64,000 nt of DNA, taken from an uncultured Candidatus Saccharibacteria bacterium (lineage in GTDB: Bacteria; Patescibacteriota; Saccharimonadia; Saccharimonadales; CAYUUR01). The notes under the pieces were generated by a model. It searched no databases, had not been told where the DNA came from, and saw nothing but the letters and a program-made list of their open reading frames with translations. The DNA is taken from positions 129,785 to 193,784 of the forward strand of contig CAYUUR010000001.1 in the NCBI GenBank assembly GCA_964448075.1, read 5' to 3'. Shown one piece after another: positions 63,799-64,000 of this stretch (positions are counted from its first letter, which is position 1; every line of letters begins with the position of its first letter). The translations under genes were made by a program, and so were the position numbers.

Positions 63799-64000
63799 TT
63801 AGATGTCGAGGTCGTCGAGGTCAGCGAGTTCTTTGCGGGTGTTCTTGAGGCGATCGCTCTCTTCTGGCTCATCAACTTCTTCTTCCACTTCGGGAACGTC
63901 AACTGGCGCAGTGTCATCTGTACTTGCAACGTCGTCACTGTCAGAAGCCGAGTCATCAGACGATTGCGCTTGGGTTTGCGGAGCAGGACCTTCTGGGCGG
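63799..64000 (-). CDS. 3' end of a CDS running off the window, with a highly acidic C-terminal tail
   Basis: My manual minus-strand translation gives ...SSDDSASDSDDVASTDDTAPVDVPEVEEEVDEPEESDRLKNTRKELADLDDLDI followed by a TAA stop at 63801-63799. Not in the ORF track because the start lies outside the window. Confidence 0.4.
   Translation of the reverse strand, partial: RPEGPAPQTQAQSSDDSASDSDDVASTDDTAPVDVPEVEEEVDEPEESDRLKNTRKELADLDDLDI

Noticed and set aside
1-64000. CRISPR arrays, IS elements, transposases, integrases, prophage genes.
   Set aside because: Reading all ORFs and intergenic regions turned up no regularly spaced direct repeats and no recognisable recombinase or phage motifs. 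The absence is by eye only.
1-64000. An alternative genetic code (UGA recoding, as in some CPR lineages).
   Set aside because: Long conserved genes (pheT, typA, the ABC transporter genes) are uninterrupted in the standard code. At least one well-delimited gene (the Fur-family gene, stop at 22439-22441) ends in TGA at the expected length.

Overview
This is a gene-dense bacterial chromosomal segment of about 70 CDS with very short or overlapping intergenic regions. It reads cleanly in the standard genetic code, and TGA, TAA and TAG all serve as stops. Recognisable housekeeping genes are pheS/pheT, trxB, metK, typA, trmD, rarA, rmuC, serA and hsp20. They are interleaved with transporters (three ABC systems, an MFS, a ZIP with a Fur-family regulator, a YhhQ-type transporter), redox and envelope genes (NDH-2 with VKOR, an FNR-like reductase with cytochrome b5, Ni-SOD sodN/sodX, PAP2, a DAG-kinase-like lipid kinase, a PlsC-like acyltransferase), and about 20 orphan proteins, mostly acidic, that I cannot assign. 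The compactness and gene mix resemble a small-genome Patescibacteria/CPR (Saccharibacteria-like) organism, but that is inference only. RNA and regulatory features read directly from the sequence: one tRNA-Gln(CUG) plus an exact 52-nt copy of its 5' part 179 nt away; a canonical SAM-I riboswitch ahead of metK; a second SAM-I-like riboswitch with a roughly 100-nt branched insertion in P3 ahead of an orphan 101-aa protein; a CIRCE operator over the hsp20 promoter; a Zur-box-like inverted repeat between the ZIP and Fur genes; and many TGnTATAAT boxes 6-7 nt upstream of ATG, implying leaderless mRNAs. I saw no rRNA, CRISPR array, transposase or integrase. The best novelty candidates are the expanded SAM riboswitch with its orphan gene, the ParB-like / orphan / HhH-GPD-like cluster at 39.5-43.4 kb, the duplicated 169-aa orphan pair at 31.7 and 45.4 kb, and the tRNA-Gln repeat scar. 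All family assignments come from motif recognition by eye; no searches were run.
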